Below, in pieces: positions 8,434-13,781 of a stretch of DNA of 13,781 nt (position 1 is its first letter; each line of letters begins with the position of its first letter). Both the position numbers and the translations under genes were made by a program. The DNA is from Selaginella moellendorffii (taxonomy: Eukaryota; Plantae; Lycopodiophyta). The notes under the pieces were generated by a model. That model saw only the letters and a program-made list of their open reading frames with translations. It did no database searches and had not been told where the DNA came from. Where the stretch lies: positions 1 to 13,781 of the forward strand of contig NW_003314461.1 of NCBI RefSeq assembly GCF_000143415.4, written 5' to 3'.

Positions 8434-11400
8434 TCAAAGATTTCTTCCAGGTAGATATGCAATGTTCCTTTGCTGCCAGCGTCTGGAGCTTGCTCCTGCA
8501 AAGCTTGCATTTGTTTGCAGAAATCATCACTGTCGACATCCGATGGAATACGTTTTTGCCACTTCTCGATCATCATCTCAAGCTCCTGCCTCTTGTTTTC
8601 CAGCTCTTGGACCTCCTTCTCGTCGTTCAAGGCTGCTGCTTGTAACTCCTCCACCTTGGCCTGACACTGAATAAATTCTTTGTTCCTCGTGAAAGCTGAG
8701 GCTGCTGCTGGAACCAATGAGCATTGCTCGCGTTCTTCGCAGGGCACACTTGCAAATCTTGGAACTTCGAATGTTCTAAAACAGAGGAAGAGCTTTGAAC
8801 TTGTGAGAAACGAAAACTTTGATCTTACCTCCGTGATCCAATAAGAACTTGGCCTTTGTCACACCTTCCCCCGTCGAGAGATACTGCTTGGCACGACAAA
8901 CTCATCTCGTTCCACGCATTTAGCATGTTTTCTTCCGTGTTGTAGACTTGTAGCTTCCGGAAAACATGGTAGAACAAGCTCTGGCGCAGCTCCAAGTGCT
9001 CGCGTCTCAAGTAGAGAAAGTTGACTCCATAGCCCAAGAAACCAGCCGGGATTTCGCCATTGGATAGAACAGGCGGTGGAATGTTAAGGAGCTTCTGAGG
9101 ATGTTGAGCATCTACCGCGGCATTCCCATCCTTACGCTTGTATTGCCTGGTGAAGAACAAGATCACAGCGAAGTTTTGCTCGATGCGTGATATCAACTTA
9201 CTTAATCGCGTCGATACGAAATACTGGAAAGTTCTCTGGAATCCAGAGCTTGTTGCTGCGAACAAACGCTAAAAAGGCCGTGGAGTTGTCCACGTTTGCA
9301 TCAGAGCTTCTCAGCCATCGTATGCCTTTGTAAGTCTTGCACACGACTTGCAGGAGGGATCTGGCTCCAAGAAACGTGGATAAACTTCTGAAACGAGCAC
9401 AAACACACATAAAACGTAAGAAAAACAGAACACATGAAGGAGAAAAAATAAGCTAGGAAGGATTACCTGTTGATTTCATCCTTCTCAACCCGAGCGAGAA
9501 GAACAATCGGCCCCAGAATGTCATCCAAAGGAAAGCCTATCGGTTTCATCTCTTGAGCCGTGTACAGCGCCAATGCCGGAGAATTCTCCTTGTGAACCAA
9601 AGTCTTGAGCTCGTTTAAGATGTCGCCCTCCGTTCTTTGAGTTTCATTTCTTTCACGGAGCAAAACCTCGTCATCGCTGGCAGCTCGTCGACGCTCATAA
9701 ACACTCAACAAGCTTGCCTGAGCCTGCTTCAGCAAATCTGAAGAAAATAGCGTTCACTTAAGGCGGACAAGCAAAAGAACTCTTCTACCTGTATTACGAC
9801 CCAATGACTCTTGGGCCGCATACAGCTTATTTGGAAGATTTTTGAGAGCTTTATGGCATTCTTTCAGGCCACAGCCAATACTTTTGATCATCTGAGAAAG
9901 ATAACGTAAGGGGCAAATACACAACTATAAAAAATGATATCACGTACCGTTTCGGATTGTTCTACAATGTACTGGTACAAGTGCTTCTCCACTTGTTCGC
10001 GAGAATAGTTGCCTCGAAGAACAGCCAAACGAGAAGTAGCACTCTTGACGTCGTTAAACTCGGCTCCAATAGCACATACCTCGAACGTAAACAACTCTGG
10101 CATGATTTCGAGATCACTGAAAGTAGCCTGCCCATCTATTGCGGTCACACAGCAGATCGCAGGCTTGGCAGCGCGCTGCAGCGTGAGAGTGCCACGAAGT
10201 GAGATCTCTCGACAACCGAAGCACCTGTTGTCATGAATATCCACGACGTCCACCACCACCACGTCGGTATTTTCCTGCTCCATGTTAAACTTGAGCCTAT
10301 ACGGCCTTCCATGTACCACGTTAAGCTGCCACTTGATCGGGGTCACTTCGTCGCTGCCTTCGAGCACAAACTTGAGGACGTAAGGTCCAGCTCTCGCCGG
10401 TACCACCACGCCTTGGAAAACATAGACAGATGCTTCGTCGTCTCTCTCTCCAGACTTTGTCAAGCAGTTCTTCCCGAGCGGATCCCAGACCGAGACGGTG
10501 AGCTGCTGCAAGGCCTGTAGGGGGCGACCGTCTTCACATTCCACCAGAACCCACATTTCCGGCACGACTTGCTGCTCGTCATCCCTGTCCGACAGTGTGA
10601 GCTCACGAGGAGTCTCGCCGAGGAGCCGTAGCAACGTTGGATTGTTTCCAGGAGTGACTTCCAACGGGACCGAGACTTGCTTCGAAGATGCTCTGATCAC
10701 CAAGTTGTAGACGCCCAGCGGCATGTCAACCCAGAAGCTTTGAAATGCAGCAAAACCATCCGTCGCGTATGCCACTTTCTCAAGTCTTTCACAAGTGTCT
10801 GGAACGATGATCTCTAGAGAAACTTCTTCGGCTTTGTAGCCGCTGTTACAAACGTTGTCCTTGTGATCCACCAGACAAACTGTAGCTCCGAAAAAAGNNN
10901 NNNNNNNNNNNNNNNNNNNNNNNNNNNNNNNNNNNNNNNNNNNNNNNNNNNNNNNNNNNNNNNNNNNNNNNNNNNNNNNNNNNNNNNNNNNNNNNNNNNN
11001 NNNNNNNNNNNNNNNNNNNNNNNNNNNNNNNNNNNNNNNNNNNNNNNNNNNNNNNNNNNNNNNNNNNNNNNNNNNNNNNNNNNNNNNNNNNNNNNNNNNN
11101 NNNNNNNNNNNNNNNNNNNNNNNNNNNNNNNNNNNNNNNNNNNNNNNNNNNNNNNNNNNNNNNNNNNNNNNNNNNNNNNNNNNNNNNNNNNNNNNNNNAA
11201 AAATAAGTATTTTGCATGGGATAAGTTCTTCTGGGTGAGAAAACAAGGAGCCAACAAAACAACCTGTTCGACGATTTCATTGCTCAGAAATCCAGGAAGG
11301 TTGAGCTCGTCACGTGCTTCAAACTTGAGAGCTATTTCTTCCCCGCAGCCTCCGGCAATTACTTGTGCTTCACAAACAAGTTTACAAGCAGCCGCCAGTT

Positions 11401-13781
11401 CAACTTGAATCTGGAAAGATCCAAAGGTGTTCATAATTATGAATGAAACGTGCTTGGCGTAGTACCTCGAAAGCTAAGCTCATAAGTTGATAGTCCGAGT
11501 GCCATGCTCGTCCTTCCCACAATCCAGGAGTCTTTGGCATAGTGAGTCCCCTTAGCTGACACTGTCCCTTGTTGACGACATAGCAAATGTCTTTGTCCCA
11601 GCTCATTGAGATTGTGCCTCCTATTGCTGTGTCGACGTTACCAGCTTCGTCCACAACATGAATGTTGAGTCCGGTAACTTCCCGTCCAATGTAAGATCTT
11701 TTTGGTTGCTGAAAGCAAATACAGTTTCGCTTCTCGAATGGAAAATGGATAGGCATATTGTGCTCACCTCAAATGCAAATTTCAAGGTTCGACTAGCGCC
11801 CTTGAAAACTATTTCGAACATTACGATGTCGTCCTCCGAAGAAAGGACGATGGAACCTGAAAACCCACAATGAAGCAGCATTCTAGCTTTGCATCAAAAC
11901 AAGCACCTGTCAAGTTGTATTCCTTTGCGACTCTGAGTTCGCTCAAGCGAACAATGCCGGCTCCATCAGTTTCGACTTCTTGCTGTGAGAGGTGTACGCC
12001 AGATAGCTGGAGACGCATCCGAGTTCCCTGCCTAACGGAGTTTCCCCATTCATCGAATCCCTGCAGCATTACAATCTACATTAATATGGTGCAATGACAA
12101 AAACAGTGCCTACCTTGAACACCATGCACGGGAAGTAACTGTCTGGATCCAGTGGTTGCTTGACGCAAAACATCGATCCAGAAGGAGCGAGCTCGAGAGA
12201 GCTATTCACAAGCTCCAGTCGTGCAAGCTTGCCAGGATAAACTGCGGAAGAAAAACAAAGCATCATTGAGGAAGAAACAACCGAAGCTATCAAGATAACA
12301 GCTGATAACCTTGACATCTCCAGTGTCCAAGCTTCTGGTTTCCAACGTAGAAGCATAGACGAGCGTCGTGAGCCGGCAGTATGCAGCCCCGAACTATGAA
12401 GTTCTGTGGAGCAGACATTATAAGCAAACCCGAAAAGAGGTTTGAGACTTACTGCGACATTCATTTTGTCCTTCTTTTGGGAAAAGCTCACGCTCTCACG
12501 TCCAAGCGAAACTGTACTAAGCCTCGTGCTCTCCAATGTCTCGAGAACCATGCACAAATTCGANNNNNNNNNNNNNNNNNNNNNNNNNNNNNNNNNNNNN
12601 NNNNNNNNNNNNNNNNNNNNNNNNNNNNNNNNNNNNNNNNNNNNNNNNNNNNNNNNNNNNNNNCTTGCTTGCAGCTCGCTCCAGTGCCTTGCTGTGGACG
12701 CACCACGACCAGAAACGAGTCGATTTGGAGCACGTATCCCGCTTCGAACGTGAGGTTACTCCGATGCAGATGTTTCCCCCCAAACACTCGCCTGTCGTCG
12801 TGTTGAGAAGCTCTACGAATGCCGGCAGCTTTCCCTTCAGCCGATTCTCCTGTGTATGCCACTCACTTGGAGTCATGCGGTGGCACTTTTCCGAATTCAG
12901 AACGGTGCAAGGGAACCACCTGCACCTGTTGAGCTTGAAGCTGCAAATCTGTGCCGTCTCAATCTTGCTCTCTTCTTCCGTAGTCAGCAGCTCCACGGGC
13001 CTGCAAACCATCTTCACTTCCCCGTATTGTTCGTCGATTCCATCGCAGAAGAACCACTCGATGACACCGTAGAAATTTTGCTTGCCTTTGTATAGCTCTT
13101 TCTGTAGCTTCACCATATCGCCCGCTCTCCAGTCCCCACGCGGATCTTTGAGGCACTTGTGAAAACAGAGAACTGAAACAATGTAAAAGTTAGTTTGTCA
13201 TACGCATGAACGAGATCAACGCAAAAAGCTTACCTTCTTTTTCGACCTTTAGAAGCTTTTTCAATTCACTTTGGCCAATGACGTATGTGGGATCGTCTCC
13301 AAATTCGACCTCCCGGTCAAATTCTTCATGCATTCTCTTCGTCCAGTTTGCAAATTCGGCAATGACCTGAGGAGGCTCCAACACCTTGCTTTGAAAGTAT
13401 ATCGTTGTTTTCACGTCTGGAACATTCACAAACATTCCAAGAGTGAATACAAACCATATCAAAAGCTCTTACCTGTTGGGACTGTATCCTCTTCCATGCT
13501 GCCAAGTTGCTTTAACGCAGTCGTAAAAGGATGATCCTCCACAAGTTTCGTCTTGCTTGGGGTTGGATGGAACCCTGCATCCACATCTGGAAATTCGATG
13601 TTAAGAAACCACTGCGAGGATAGAATGTGTATCTCTTGCCTGCAAACACTTTCACCCTCTTTATCCAGCGTAGCACACTCTTTTTAGAAGCTGCATCCAT
13701 AAACGGCATGCTATTCTGTAGAGATCAATGTCAGAAATATGGTAACTGGTATACTAATCTGGTTTACCCATCTTGCATTCG
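8382..13781 (-). CDS. GMI1: GMI1/SMCHD1-like SMC-hinge domain protein, 5'-partial, with one apparent frameshift
   Basis: Exons: 13768-13781, 13640-13715, 13473-13586, 13234-13416, 12664-13172(gap), 12453-12563, 12310-12403, 12114-12241, 11907-12060, 11768-11856, 11466-11708, 11264-11410, (gap)9948-10897, 9789-9891, 9467-9737, 9202-9387, 8829-9146, 8382-8775. All visible splice phases are consistent. GMI1-like motifs: ARWNSMPFM..KRVKVFADVDAGFHPTPSKT, WTKRMHEEFDRE, MVCRP, FDEWGN. Hinge motifs: RSLSTFLG..VVCKT, HPQKLL..GEIPAGFLGYGVN..LRQSLFYHVFRKLQVY..AVSLDGG, flanked by coiled-coil-like segments. The ATPase N-terminus would lie beyond the window. Confidence 0.9.
10898..11198. other. Assembly gap (301 N)
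   Basis: Run of N. Confidence 1.
12564..12663. other. Assembly gap (100 N, probably a placeholder of unknown size)
   Basis: Run of exactly 100 N. Confidence 1.
13587..13639 (-). other. GC-AG intron (53 nt) in the GMI1-like gene
   Basis: tttgcag|GCAAGA...aatttccAG|atgtggat. Removing it gives in-frame VKVFADVDAGFHPTPSKT, and no GT donor yields this junction. Confidence 0.8.

Noticed and set aside
8201-8674. 157-aa Cys-rich plus-strand ORF with a repeated CEKC motif
   Set aside because: It is antisense to the last GMI1 exon, and its repeat merely reflects the 90-bp duplication.
10814-11434. Long ORFs spanning the N gaps (also 12381-13116)
   Set aside because: Their lengths are artefacts of translating through N runs. 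Only the GMI1 exon frames are supported.
1928-13781. Functional gene cluster linking STR6, the 2OG-like fragment, SWIM and GMI1
   Set aside because: Most components are disrupted and unrelated in known function. Adjacency in a rearranged plant region is not evidence of a system.

Overview
Eukaryotic DNA from a compact, intron-rich land-plant genome. Mapped introns are 45-79 nt, which suggests a Selaginella-like lycophyte (inference). There are two assembly gaps. The right 5.4 kb holds the 3' part of a minus-strand GMI1/SMCHD1-like gene (GHKL-family SMC-hinge protein). It has 18 mappable exon segments, one GC-AG intron, an apparently extended Ig-like linker, one homopolymer frameshift and a 90-bp tandem duplication over its stop codon. 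The left 8 kb is a mosaic of decaying genes: a SWIM zinc-finger ORF with a premature stop; an STR6-type TrhO/rhodanese-FSH1 fusion whose rhodanese half is disrupted while the FSH1 hydrolase half is intact; a C-terminal fragment resembling a 2OG-Fe(II) oxygenase-associated family; an unknown spliced minus-strand pseudogene; and a ~187-bp tandem repeat. An unknown gene at ~7.1-8.1 kb has a paralog split into two complementary halves in opposite orientations (~1460-1710 and ~5150-5330), which points to a ~3.7-kb inversion. I see no convincing new multi-gene system. The best leads are the possible fission of STR6 into a stand-alone FSH1 hydrolase, the long-linker GMI1 and the inversion.
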